NCBI RefSeq assembly: GCF_009914755.1
Contig: NC_060935.1
Length of the DNA: 64,000 bases
Source of the DNA: the human T2T-CHM13v2.0 reference genome, Homo sapiens
Strand: one strand, 5' to 3'
Under the pieces are notes generated by a model. The model ran no database searches. It was not told where the DNA came from and was given only the letters and a program-made list of their open reading frames with translations. Position 1 is the first letter of the stretch. Each line of letters starts with the position of its first letter. Made by a program: the position numbers and the translations under genes. Positions 1-14,658 of the stretch are shown piece by piece.

Positions 1-309
1 CATTTTGTTAGAGCAGCTCAAACTGGTGCAGACAGAGGGGGAGTGGCAGGGCAGCAGGGCAGGGACGTCAGGAAGCCAGAAACCTGTCTGTGATCCCAGA
101 GTGAGGTGATGGTGGTGCCAAGAGGTTGTTATGACTCTTGGCTCTCAGTCCAAAGATCCTGAAGCCATGAGACCCAAGAGAGTTTTCGAGGGGTCAGGGG
201 TGGGCAGGGGTCCCACAAAGAACAGTTCTCAGAAAGCAAACCCAGGTGAGGAGTATGTAGGGGGTCGTCTCTGGCACTTTGGCCTGACTTTCAACAATAG
301 CCCTAACTT

Positions 310-850
310 TAACTCAGCTCAACAAACACTTATAGAACATTATTTTATGTGCCATACACTGACTGTACAAGACATTAGGAATACAAAGATAAATAAGAGT
401 CACTCTCTGCCTCAAGAAATTTACAGCCTAAGGAGAAATCAGGAATGCAAACAAATAAATTCTAATACTCTCTAGGATAGGTGCTGGAACGGCTATCTAA
501 GGCTGATGCTGTGGGACCACAGGATAGGACTGTGGGGTCAGCCTGGAGGGTCAGGGGAGGCTACACGGAGGAGGTGAAAGTTTATTTCCCCATTCAGAGA
601 ATGGAGTAAAAACCATGTGTGCAGGGCACAGAGGTGTGCAAACACATGGCCTGCTTGGAGAGGCAAGTGTTTCGGAGGCAATTGTCAGAAGATGAGCTGG
701 AGAGATAAGAGAAGGAAGCCTGAGAAGGTCTTTGAAGGGCCACCTAGGCTGTTGGAATTTTAGAAAGGCCACTTTGATGGTGGCCTGGAGGAGGGCTTGG
801 GTGGGGAAGGGTGAGGACACCCCTGCGGTAGCCTTAGAAAGAGACAAAGC
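310..850 (-). mobile_element. LINE L2 3' fragment
   Basis: Degenerate antisense L2 3' end (caacaaacacttatagaacattattttatgtgcc...ctctgcctcaagaaatttacagccta). Boundaries approximate. Confidence 0.6.
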
Positions 851-2379
851 CAGTGTGGAGAAGTAGAGCTGAACCTTCTCGGCCAGGCTACCTGGGCTTC
901 AGTTCTGGTTCCCACTCACTGTGTGATGCTGGGCAGGATCTTCAGCCTCACTGACCCCCAGGATGCCGTGTGTAAAATGAAGATACTAGGGAATATACCT
1001 TTGTGATTCTGGTGAGAATTAACAGAGATAATATTATCAGCTGCCTGATATCAGGGGTCCTGGCTCACACTGCAGGCACTCAATTAAACAAAGGGTCATC
1101 TTACGGCAAAATCGCAGGAGGGATGAGTTCGAAGTGAAGCACATAGAATAGCGTCTAGCACATAGTGGGCACCCAAATCATATTTGCAGTCTAACAAATT
1201 GAATCAAGGAGAAGAAGAAAAAAGGAGTCTAAGATAATTCTGAAAGCTCCAGAATGATCTCTGGATGGTGCTCTGACAGCCAGGGGGAGGTGCATGCTCA
1301 GGGATGGGTGGATGTGGCTTCCTTGGGATCTTACTTTTCTGGCTCCCATGTTCCACCACCCATTCTCCCCAGGTCCTGCAGGTGGCTTCATCCCTGACAT
1401 CACAATCAGATGACTTTCTCCCTGGGGAAGGTGCTGCTCCTAGCTATATTTAATTCTCTATCCCATTTTTTAAAGGAAAGAAAAATAGATATTCCTGCGG
1501 GTACAACCCTGCAGCTTTCTGTGGGTGGGCGGCCATTCTGATATCTGGTGAAAAGGGATAGAAACAGGAGTCAAGCTCAATAGCAGAAAGGGAGCGAATC
1601 CATACTTATTGGGTACCTTCCATGTGATGGGCTCACAGCATTATTTTATGTAATCCTCGCAATCAGCTTGTGGGTTTTGGAATTATTATTATCATCCACA
1701 TTTCACTGAAGGGGAAAATGAGGCCCAGAAAAAATAAGGAATTATTGTAAGGTCACACAGCTAGTGAGTAGGGAAAACAGGGTCCAACCATATCTACCAG
1801 GCTTCAAAATCCATGCTTTTTTTCCACTGCACCTTTCTAAAGACCCAGGGGCTAAGATAGTAAAAGGAAAGGACAGTAACACAAACACTAAAAGAAAGTG
1901 TCAGAGTATGAAAGAATAAAGAGTGGGTGGGGTGAGGGCACCTTTCTGGTGGGTCCCACCCTCTAGCCTTGAATGCGGCAGCACCTCTGGGCTAAAGCTG
2001 GTGCACTGTCTCCTTGGATGGCAGCTACGGGCCCAGGTCCTGCACTGGGCATCTGCCTGGGTCACTCACTGCCCTCTCCTCTTAGATCTCTCCCTCCACC
2101 CTCCTCCCTGCCCCAGAGCTCATAGGAAGCTGGCTTTCTTCACAGAGGCTCTCCTTGTTGCCAGCTGCTCACTTAGAGTCCTAGAGGGGCTGAGGCCAGC
2201 ACACCAGGGACTAATCCCCAAAGACAAACAGACTGGACTGGTTAACCCAGACCTCTTCATGCACAGATTTAAACACTGAATGAGCTCCTGGAACCTCAGA
2301 GGCCCAATTAGGCCCAAAGAGACCCAGTTAAAGAGGGCCCTCTTCTGAGAGGCCCTCCCTGACTGCACCATCTGGAACA

Positions 2380-2610
2380 ATGATTGTTGTTTTTATTGAG
2401 GGCTAACTATGTACCAGACAGTATGCAGAGCACATTACATACATTTCCTCATTGGATACTCAAAGCAATCAAGGTAGGTATTACTGATCCCATTTTAGAG
2501 ATAGGGTGACTGAGGCTTAGATGGGTTAAATAATTTGCCCAAAAGCCCACAGCTAGGAAAGGAGGCAATGACAACATCTGAACCCAGGCCTGCCTGACTC
2601 CAAAGCATTC
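2380..2610 (-). mobile_element. MIR SINE
   Basis: MIR core cccattttagagatagggtgactgaggcttagatgggttaaataatttgcccaa. Similar MIRs lie at ~885-1090, 1600-1830, 2940-3110, 7005-7225, 17950-18190, 29310-29520, 34820-35005 and 39110-39280. Confidence 0.75.
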
Positions 2611-4076
2611 TTTATTTTTGTACATTATGATACGCTCTGTCTTACAAATATCTCCGTGTCCCCCACAGTGATGAGCCATATGGCAGGTATTCAACAACGT
2701 CTGATGAGCGACCAGCTGATTAATAGGGCATGAAGATGCTGGAGCAGCACCACCCACAGGAAGGGTGATTGGGTCCCACTAAGGAGGAGGGGCTGTGTGG
2801 ACAGATCTGGGGAGTCCTACCCGGCCCTGCCCCGCCCTGCCCTCATCTCATTTACTGCTGAGGATGCGAGGAGGAAGGACAGGTCCTGGAAACAGAACCA
2901 GGTGATACCTTTGTTCTTTATCTCGATGGGCTCCCTCCAAGTGTCATCTGAAGCAAGTCACTTTGACTCTCCAAGCCTTACTTTGTTCATCTCAAAAATG
3001 AAAATGACAATTCTCTGCATAAGTCACAGGGCTTCCTGGGACTTAATGAAATAATGGATATGAAGTGCTTTATAAACTGTAAAGCACCACACAAATGTGA
3101 GGCTTTGTGCTTAATTATAGGTGAGTGCGCACATGCCCACACACCCACATCTCTAGGCACCCATGCATTCATTCACACTCACAGGCTCTTGCTCCAAAGA
3201 CAAATTAGCATCACGATGCAGCCCCTTTGAAAGTCCCATGCTGGGACCTCCCTGCACCTTCCCTCCTCCCTTTGCCATTACCCACTTAGACTGAGTGGGT
3301 TTGGGAAGATTGAGGAGGGGCTGAAGAGTTTCAAGGAGAAGCAGGTGGGTCTGGAACACAGACTGCTCGACCCACACCTGCCCGCTTTCCCTGCTGTTTG
3401 CGTTTGTTTGCATTTCCTTGACACACAGGCACCTGGGAACCACAGCGGCAGTCTGCTCCCTCAGAGGATGCTCTGTAGAGCAGGACTAACTCTGCATGGG
3501 AGGTTCAAATCCAGCAGCTTCCTTTGGCACCTACAATTCATTCATTCATCCTCCCATTCAAAAAAAATTATTGAGCACCTACTATATTGGCACAGAACTG
3601 CACCTTCATGCTGGGAATCCAAAGACAAGGTAGTCAATTCCTGTCTTTGAAGCTCACAAAGGCAAACAAAGGAGCCGAGGCAATGAGCTGTGGAACAGCA
3701 GGCACATCCCGGAATGGCAGGAGGCTCCACAGGCTATGGAGTAGATGGGCTAAGCACAGCCAGATGATGTGACACTGAAGAGGTCAAAGGCAGGGCCCCA
3801 ATCCCAAAAGACTTTCATGCCACACCCACAAGTTTGGACTTTATCCTTTGAGCAAGACTTTATCCTTTGAAGGAGATTGGAGAAGGGAGTGGCAGGAGCG
3901 AAGTGGATTTCCTTTCCTTTTTCATATAATTTTTTCCCTATTACCATATTCCCCTTCAAAATTAATAGCAGTTACGTAAATGTACTAAAGCCAGTGAAAT
4001 AATATAATTGGTTTTATAAAGAAAACTTTCATAATTTCTCCCACCCCACTTCTAATTGCCCCAGTAATCTCTATAC

Positions 4077-4256
4077 CAGTGGGTCTCAAAGTGCATTCCC
4101 TGGAAGAGCAGCGTCAGTATCCTCCCGGAGCTTGTTAGAAAGGCAATTTCTTGTGCCTCACTCCAGACCTATTAAATAAGAAGCCTGGGGTGTGCCCAGC
4201 AATCTGCTACTGTCCTTCAGGTCATTCTGACACTTATAAAAGCTTGAGAACCGCTG
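4077..4256. mobile_element. MER5A-type hAT MITE
   Basis: TIRs cagtgggtctcaa...ttgagaaccgctg, typical internal cttgttagaaa motif, and degenerate 8-bp flanks ctctatac/tcctagac. Confidence 0.8.
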
Positions 4257-5307
4257 TCCTAGACCACCCCAGGTGCCCAGTCATTCATCAGGCAAATATG
4301 AACATGTAGACATATATGCCGTTTTTAAACTACTAGTTTCTTGAAAAAGGCATCATATCCTTTATTCAGCAATCTGCTTATGTCATGTTGTGATACTCCT
4401 TCTAGTCAATAGACACAGAAATATTTGTAAATATATGTATAATTTCCCAGCGTATGGTTGTAGTAACATTTATTCAAACATTTATGGTTGGATATCAAGG
4501 TTATTTACAATTATGTCAATACCTAAAATAATGCTACAATAACTCACATAACTCACGTAGTCTTACATACCGGTGCTTTTATTTCCATAGGATAGACCAC
4601 CCCCCAAAAAAGTAGGACTGCTGAATCAAAGGTTATGGTGTTTTGAATTTTAATAGATTGCCATCTTACTATCCCCTAACATTGTAGGAATATACCGTCC
4701 CATCAGCAAAACAGAAGATGCCTGTTTCATCACATCCTCACCAACTCTTAATCTTGTAGCTCTTCACATCTGCATTTTAGAAAGATCACTACAGCAATTC
4801 AGTGGAAAATAGATGTGATCCAATGGGGGAGAAGTACCACTGGAGGCCAAGAAACCAGTTAGAGGATTATTGGATTAGCCCAGGTGAGCGATGATGAAGG
4901 CCTGGATTAAGAGAGTGGCCGAGGATGTGGAGAGGAGGGGTCAGATCAAGGGAAGCACTTTCACTAATTGGTTCATTTCACCTGCCTGATAATGTGCTTT
5001 ACAGATGAGGAACCAGGAGAGTTTGTTGTGGAGATCTTGTGACTTGCCTACATGTCCTAGGATTGCTGATCATTTACTAACCCATCTAAAGCTCATTCTA
5101 AGGGAATCCACCCCACTCCAAGCCCCCTGGGTAGCACATGACTCTGTTTTTCCAGCCACAGATGACTGATGAGGGGCGGGCATGGGACCTAAGAGTAACT
5201 GATCCATAGAAAGGCTAGTGACCTATGCTCTTGGAGGCTGAGGACGAAGATCAGGCTCTTTCTGGGTTTTGAGCAAAAACATTTAGAGGAAAATTGCCAC
5301 TGGTGGT

Positions 5308-5656
5308 TGTATTAGTCTATTCTCACATTGCTAATAAAGACATACCCGAGACTGGGTAATTATAAAGGAAAAAGATTTAATTGACTCACAGTTCCACATG
5401 GCTGGGGAGGCCTCACAATCACGGTGGAAGGCAAGGAGGAGCAAGTCACATCTTACATGGAGGCAGGCAAGAGTGAGCTTGGGCAGGGGAACTCCCATTT
5501 ATAAAACCATCAGGTCTCATGAGACTTACTACCATGCGAACAGTGTAGGGGAAATCCCCCATGATTCCATTATCTCCAGCTGGCCCCAGCCTTGAAACGT
5601 GGGGATTATTACAGTTCAAATTGAGATTTGAGTCAGGACACAGCCAAACCATATCA
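5308..5656 (-). mobile_element. THE1 (THE1B-like) MaLR solo LTR
   Basis: Ends tgtattagtc...ccaaaccatatca match the THE1 LTR. Perfect 5-bp TSD GTGGT (5303-5307, 5657-5661). Confidence 0.92.
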
Positions 5657-6439
5657 GTGGTAGTGGATGGTAAAACAGAAAGTTTGCGCAAAGATAGGGC
5701 TAAGGATGATGTGGGCACAAATAAGGTGAAATTATTAGGTGAGTAGAAATGAGAAGTAAGCAATGTAAGCTGACAGAATGGAGACAGAATAGAGCAGATG
5801 CACACAAAAAGGCCAAAATGCTGAGAGCGAAAACCCAGGCTGCCCAAGGGAGGCAGAGAAGCTGTTCCCAGGGGCTACTGTGAAACTAGACTCACCTTCA
5901 CTTGTCTCCCACAAGGCTCGCGGAACCACAGCCCTGCACACCTACGAGACTCCACATCCTTGACGGCCCCTCCCTCCCCTTTTAGGGGTCTCTGTTCCTT
6001 ACAACCCACAGCTCTGGCAAGAACAACAGGGCCACAGGGTTCTTGAGTATTAGAGTTCACATTTACCAAATCTAAAGTTCTTTTGACTCAAGCTACCCAA
6101 ATTAAAAATAGTACCTTGGTATATCATTTACAAAGTGCTTTTTGTCTACATTATTTATTTTAATCTTTTCCCCATGAGGAAACAGAAAGTCAGAGAAATT
6201 AAATAACTTCCACAAGAGAACACGGTTAATAAATGGAGGGGGAAAGACTTGAATCCCGGCCATCTGATTCCAAACCCCACCAGCATTCCACTCCACCGTG
6301 TGAGATGCACCAGAGCCACAGGCCTGCTGCTCTCCTCCACTCCACTCCCCACCTGTGTCCCCTTCATCCCATGGCTGTGGTTCCAAGACCTCCTGCTCTG
6401 TGCTTCAGCTGGGGGATGAGAGTTCCAGTTCACATAAGA

Positions 6440-6737
6440 TTTTTTTTTTTTTTTTTTGAGACGGAGTCTCGCTATGTCACCTAGGCGGGAGTGCAGTGGC
6501 GCAATCTCAGCTCACTGCCAACTCTGCCTCCCAGGTTCAAGAGATTCTTCTGCCTCAGCCTCCTGAGTAACTGAGATTACAGGCATGCACCACCACGACC
6601 GTCGAATTTTTTGTTTTTAGTAGAAATGGGTTTTCACCATGTTGGCCAGGCTGCTCTCAAACTCCTGACCTCAAGCAATCCACCTGTCTCTGCCTCCCAA
6701 AGTGCTGGGATTACAAGCGTGAGCCAACACGCCCGGC
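6440..6737 (-). mobile_element. AluS
   Basis: Full-length Alu with poly(T). TSD tccagttcacat on both sides. Confidence 0.95.
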
Positions 6738-8330
6738 TCCAGTTCACATGAAATCTTAACAGATCCAAATTTCCAACTCATGACCCACACCTGGAGCCTG
6801 AATGTTCTCTGAGGAGGTCAGAGAGAGAGACACCTCCACCACTCTAGGGGGTCCTCCCTAAGTGTGTGACTCAGGGACTAAAGTCTCCATACCTTTAAGG
6901 CTTTTCCTCAATTAGATCTCTGTAAAAACACATCTATTTTCTTGTTGAAGTGAGTCATTAGCCTCCACTGAGACAGGAGCATGAATAGGTTTAAAAACTA
7001 AAAATAACTAACATTTATTGAAAGTTTATTATGCTTCAGGCATTGTGCTAAGTTCTTTACATAAATTCATTTAAAGCTCCCAATAACCCTATGAGGTAAG
7101 TATTATTATCCTCACTTCTCAGATAAGGAAACTGAAGCTAAGAGAGGTTAATTAACTTGCTCAGAGATACAAGGCTCATATGCAGTGGAACCAGGATTGG
7201 AACCTGGGCAGAGCACCCTCCCTAAGCCTGTCAGATTAGTGGGATCTTCTTACGGAGTGTGGGCCCTAAGGAAACGGATGGTGAGAGAGGGAAGTCTGCG
7301 GGTGAACAGCGAGGGGTGGGGGACACCCACAGTGTCTGGATCTCCTCAGGAGATAAGACATGGGCCAGGGTGTTAGGGGGTCCTGAGCATCTGGGGACAG
7401 GCCAAGGGCACTAGGTGACCAGCTTGGAGAGGCAGAGCAGAAAGAGGGTTGAGATTCCACAAGGAGGAGAAGGGAAGGAAGAAATGGGTCCGATGAGGCA
7501 GAAACAACCCCTCTCCACACACTATTAGCTGTGGGCCAATTGTCATCCCTCCTAGTTGTCAGTCACTCTAAGGCTGCATCAGGACCAGTCTAAGGGACAA
7601 ACAGGTACCACATCCCCAGCAAAGCCCAGGGGCAAAACATCCCACCTGGCCCCCACCAATCGCCACCCCAGCCCCTTCCCAGGGAAACTCTATAGGATTC
7701 CTGGTCTTCCTTCCCTGGGACTTTGCCAGCATGGCACTTACCCCTGGCTCGGGGATCAGGAGACCCTGGGTCTTGACTGTAATCTACCACCTGTGTGGCC
7801 ATATAGCCCTGTGGAAGTCAGCTCTCCTCTCTGGTCTTGAGATGCCCCTCTGGGAAATGAATGCATTTAATGATGCTGTGATCCAGTTCCAAGTGCCCTG
7901 AAAAGGGAGAAGATCCTTGGCTCCAGAGCTAAGAGGACGTAGGTTCAAGTCCAACCTTGTCACTCACAAGCTGCATGACTTTGGGTGAGTTACAGACTAG
8001 CTTAGCGCCTCACTTTCCTCTACTGTGCAATGGGATAAGCTGCTCTGCCTTTAACCTAGGCTTGCTTAAAGTGATGAGAACATGCTATGAAAACACTGTG
8101 AGATCGGTAAAGTTCTGTAGACACACAACCATGAGGACTAGATATCTGTGATTTCCTCCTTCCCCAGCCTCGCCTGAAGTTAGACCTGCCGGGATCTTAT
8201 ACCCCACCTCCAAAGCAGGCAGAATCCAGAGGATGGGATGGAGCCAGTGTCACCTTGTCCCAGGCCAAGGTCCACTCAGAACTTCACCCAAGGCAGGTGT
8301 ACTCCCAACACAAGAGGTGGCTCTCCTTTG

Positions 8331-8440
8331 CCACAATTCCCAGAAGACTCTATGCCTCTCCTCTATCCCAATATTTGCCACAATTCCCAGAGGACTCTAT
8401 CCCCTTCCTGTATCCCACAATTCCCAGAGGACTCTATCCC
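8331..8440 (+). repeat. Three copies of a ~26 bp unit CCACAATTCCCAGAGGACTCTATCCC
   Basis: Copies start at 8331, 8378 and 8415. Confidence 0.9.
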
Positions 8441-9539
8441 AATGTCACCTCTGAAAGTCAGTTCTGTTCCGTGGGCTGTAGTCACCTCCAGGTTGAACTC
8501 GGGGCCATGTGGGTTTGCAACAGGAGGTGCCCAGCCCCATCTGTTCTGGAAAGCAGAAAGAGCTCACTTCACAAACATCTCACAGTCCATTTTTCAAAGT
8601 TTGACGTAAATTTGCAGCCTTAGATTGGTTTTTGTTTCTCCGTACTTTGTTTTCTTTTTCGTGATGAATGGTTATTGTCAAGCTGGCTTAGAAGAAGCGA
8701 TAGGCAGAAGGTGGGGGCTGGGGTGGAGATAGCACAGTGGTGGGTTTCACGGTTGGGTTATTGTTTGCATTTCTTTTTTAGGGACGAAAATGGAGTGGGA
8801 GGTACCCGAGGTCACAGCTGGGTCACATGAGATGTATACCAGGGTCATGCTGTAGCTCTCTTTCCCCTTCGTCCAGGCCGGGAGACACTGAGACCTCTGC
8901 CCCTTTCTGTCCCCACAAGTACATGCTGGTCTGGGAGACAGGCGGCATGTCACGGCTGCAGCGGCTGATGCTGTCAACTCCAGATAAATACAACCAAAAC
9001 AGACCCAGAAAATTATTTCCTCTTAATGGAAAAATTATCAGGCCCTGAGCAGCCTGATCTAAGGGCTTTTAGAAGTGCACAGAGAAATATACTTGGGGCT
9101 TCTCTCAGCCCTCTCCTCCCCACTTCCCCTTTGGGGAGGGCTGTGCAGACACCACCTCCTCCCAGACTTCTCTGCTGGGGCAGGGCATGCACCACTGGCT
9201 TGAAGACAACAGCCTCTCAAAGATCTTGGATTAGGATCATGAAGACTGGCTTTCTTAGAGTCTTCAGAGGTGTGAGTTTAAAAGGACATTGGAAATCTTC
9301 CTATCCATCTCTCTCATGTCCCAGATAATTAAATTGAGGCCCAGAGAGAAGTGACTTGCCAAAGGCCACTTAGCAGCTGGACAAGAAATGAGATTTTTTA
9401 TTCCCAGTTCTCCCTTTCCATTATCTAAAACAGCCTGGCCAATCCTAGAAGCTTTATGAAGCCTCTGACACCATTCAAACAAACATAGGCCTACAGGGGC
9501 CCAGGGCATTGGCTTTTAGGCAAGTAGTTGTCTTATTAG

Positions 9540-9930
9540 AGATGGTACCTGTGGCATATTATGTGATTTTCCACAGTTCTCCCTTCCTTCTTACCCTGCC
9601 ATGGCTCCTAGTATGCAGAGGAAATATCTCCACCCTATTGACTTTGGGCTTGTCACTTGCTTTGATAAATGCAGTGTTAGTGGATGCACCATGAGCAGAA
9701 GCTCCAATGTGCTTGTGTGGCTTGGCTGTGTGGTGTGTGCTTCCGAAGCCTGCTATGAGGCTCCTGACACCAGAATCAGCAGCACATGGAGAAGATTTGA
9801 ACACAATTCTCAACCTAAAGCAGAGCTGCCAGCCCAGTCAACCCACAGATTTGTGAATGAGAAATATAAATGCTTGTTGTTGTAAGCCTTAGTTTTGCAT
9901 CAGTGTTGTAGCAGAAATATAAATAATACA
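9540..9930 (+). mobile_element. MLT1-family MaLR LTR (old subfamily)
   Basis: 3' end ataaatgcttgttgttgtaagcc...tagcag...aataca is typical of MLT1. An opposite-orientation MLT1-like fragment lies at ~10163-10580. Confidence 0.65.
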
Positions 9931-12359
9931 ATATTCCAACGCTTCCCCTTGAGGCAAGGTCTGCCTAGGTTTCTTCTTCTAAGTCATCGGGATCTCCTTG
10001 GGGTTACAGAAGAAGAGAAAAGAAGGATCAAGAGATATTGGTAGGACTAGAAGTGGCCTTACCCTGGAGGAACCTTCACTTGCCTTCACTATACGGGCTG
10101 AGTGTGGTCCAGGTCTACCTGCTTCTTTTTCTCCTAGGGGTCCTCATGACAGGATGCCTATTATATTAGTCATGACAGGCTAACTTCTGTCTCAAACAAT
10201 CCCAAAATCTTAGTGGCTTGACACCGTATGTGTTTATTTCTCAATCATGTCACAATCCAATATGGTGGTGGGGTTGGGAAGAAAGGCTGTGCTCTACAGA
10301 GTCATTCAGAACCTGTGGATCCATCTATCTAATGTCTTTATCATCCTTTAGATCCTCCACTAGATCCACTCCATCCAGCCAGGTACTGAGCAAAAAGAGA
10401 TAACATAGAAGACCTCTTAGGGGATTTTGGCATGCATCCCTTTCACCTATATTTATTTGCCAAAACTCAGTTAAATGGCCCCATCTATCAGAAAGGGAAG
10501 AGTGAAGTGAATGTAGTTTGTGTGACAGGACTAAGAGGAGAAACACTGGTATTGGTCAGCAACCAATCTTTGTCACATAGATAATGTGATTCAATCTATG
10601 GCCATATGTAATTCTATCCATGGTTTATTTAAACACTCCCTCTTCTCTGCCCAGGGCAGCAGATTACTCTATAAATATTCCCTGTGGCTTACCTCTCATC
10701 AGCTCATGGAATTCCTCTAGGTTTCTCCTTCAATTGAAACTGCCTCTCTTCTAGTCTTCTCAGAGTCCACTGTCAAAAATCCAAATTCCTCCTCTATACC
10801 TAGACTCTTCAAAGCAACTTGTTGTACAGCCTGCCTGACTCTGGTCTAGTTTCCCCCTGGGGAGACTTCTTATTGGATCCACCCAATCTCACCTTCTTCT
10901 CCAGGCACTATAGCCACTCCTAATCTTGACTAGTCTTCTGAGATACCATACTCTGGCCATGCCAAGGGGAAAAACTTGCATTTAATCAGAAAATTGAAAG
11001 CTATTTTGAATTCTTGATCAGGGGAATGAAAGTAGTGTTTTAAGAAGTCATTTAGCCGGATGAACTAGAATGAACTGAAAGGGATTGAGACTGGAGAGTG
11101 GGAGAACAAGTCAGGGATCAACGTCATAATCCAGAAGACAGATGTTGAGGGCCTGAACTCAAACTAAGGTTGTGCGTTGAAGAGAAACGAGGCATTCAAG
11201 AGATGATTATGAAGGCAGAACCTATGGTTAGAGGTACATTTTGGCTTGGGGGATGGAGGGAGTTGGGAGGCAGGTCCACATCCCAGGTTTCCAGCCCTGG
11301 GCTGGCTGTGCATTTCCAGCATCTCTAATTGCCTCAGCCCACCTGCCGGCCCCTCCCAACTCAGCTCCACCAAGTAGCAAGACTGCCCAGCCCTTCCAAT
11401 CTACTTGGAAGGAATGCGGAGTTACATTTAATTAAAAGTATCTACACAGAAACGAGATTAATTAAGTCTCTTTTACCCAGGAGCCCTCTCTTTGTGTTCA
11501 CTTAAATGAGGTTTTAAATGTTGTCTCAATGTTATATCTGGGCAAGATTTCTCCAGACAACACTTCATGTGGTTCTGAGGCTCCCGCTTAGCTGGCTGGA
11601 AATTGTTTAGTGATGAGAACAATCCAAGGACAGTCTTCTCCCCCTCAGTCAGCAGAGCTCAGGCAGGTGGGGGACCTCAGGCCATGGTGAGTGGAATTCT
11701 GTAATGAAATGGAGGGAAGTTCTTTCAGACAAGAGCTGCCTCCCAAGACCACCTCTCAATGCAGAACAGGTGGTCTGGGATGGTCTCTTGAGTCATGTTT
11801 CTGGAGCACTCACCTGATCAAAGTTGTTCTGAATACAAACATGGCCTCCTGTAGTGAAGTGGTGGAGGCAGCACCACCTACAGGCAAGATTCCTCTTGCA
11901 GTCAGCGTTTTGCTGGGACAGCCCAGTGCTGACGTTGGGAAAGAGGTTGAGAGAGTGTGAAGCACCCCAACCACCCTCACCATCCCTTAGGCCCCTAACC
12001 TTAACCCTTCACCCACAGATATTGCCACTATCTATGTGGCAATACCCTAGAATCTTTCTTAAAACTAGTTTTCCAGAAAAGTTCATGCAGCTGGGCCATT
12101 TTCAGAAGATTCCAGTGTGGTGCATTACGGAGATTTACCATCATGTAAGCCAAGTGTCAGAACCCACCGCAATGCTAACTGGGAGAGGTGGAGACAGGGC
12201 AGGCTTAGCTGCCATCATTACCTTACCCCTCAAGAAGTCTTAGCTAATGACCAGCCATAAGGCCAAAAGAAGCATAGCAGTCCCCAAGCCTTGAATTCAA
12301 CCCTGAACTTTTTCAGCCTAATTATGACAGCAGTCTGTACATGCCCTTCCATTCCTGCC

Positions 12360-13059
<700 letters not shown>

Positions 13060-13093
13060 ACTGGCTCTAGGTTTATCATTAAAAAACAAAGGT

Positions 13094-13422
13094 GGCTGGG
13101 CACGGTGGCTCACACCTGTTATCCCAGCACTCTGGGAGGCTGAGGCGGTGGATCACTTGAGCCCAGGAGCTCGGAGACCAGCCTGGGCAACAAGCAAAAC
13201 CCCGTCTCTACTAAAAATACAAAAATTTAGCAAGACATGATGGTGCATACCTGTAATCCCAGCTACTCGGGAGGCTGAGGGAGGAGAATCACTTGAACCA
13301 GGGAGGCAGAGATTGCAGTGCAGTAAGCCGAGATCACACCACTGCACTCCAACCTGGGTGACAGAATGAGACTCCATCTCAAACACACACACACACACAC
13401 GCACACACACACACACACACAC
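13094..13422 (+). mobile_element. Alu (J/S) whose tail is a (CA)n microsatellite
   Basis: Alu body 13094-13383, (CA)n ~13384-13422, TSD acaaaggt on both sides. Confidence 0.92.
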
Positions 13423-14175
13423 AAAGGTGATCTTTTTTGGATAAGACGGTCCCTTTTGCAGTGACAAACAAATATTCCACTTCATCTGTATTGCCAAGAC
13501 TTGAATCATTATTAATTTCATTTGCTAAGCATTTCTTGAGCACCGAGAAGCATGAGGCATTGTGTTAGATGCTAAAGTTATAAGACCCCATGAGACAAAA
13601 GCCTCATTCTTGGCCTCAATTAACTTAGAGTCTCTGGAAAAGAAGATGACAACCAGGATGATGGAAGAACAGGATCGGCACTAGGAAAGACTTCTGCTCA
13701 GAAGAGATCTCCACACCATAAGAGTAGAGAAGAGGGGGCATAAACTCAGCCCTGGGGGTGCAGGATCTTGGAGAACTTCCTGGGAAAATTGTACGTCAAG
13801 CCTTAAAAGATGAGTGGAGATGATCTGGAGAAGGAGGTGCTCCACAAGACGAAACCTATTCTGCTTCGCCAGAGCAACTGGAGCAGCGTGGTGCAGTGCA
13901 AGACTCCAGACGCGGAGCGCGGCCACCTGCCACTTACAGACCAGCCAGCACTCTGAGCCCGAAGCTCCCTTAACTGCAAAGTGACGGGAATCATTTACAG
14001 ATCTTGTGAGTATCAAATGGCACAATTTCTGAGCCTAGCTCACACCAGGCTCTCCAGAAATACGAATTTCCTTCCTTTGCCTCCTGTTCTGTCTGGTAAA
14101 ACATGTTGTTTAAGTCAGGTGTGTTTGCAATAGAAACCAACTCTGGCAGATCTAAGCAGAAAATGAATTTATTTA

Positions 14176-14658
<483 letters not shown>

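Noticed and set aside
3836-3870. Short tandem duplication gactttatcctttga x2
   Set aside because: Ordinary slippage duplication inside an L2 fragment.
8331-8440. CRISPR-like repeat-spacer appearance
   Set aside because: Human DNA, only three units, and the spacers are short and related to the repeat.
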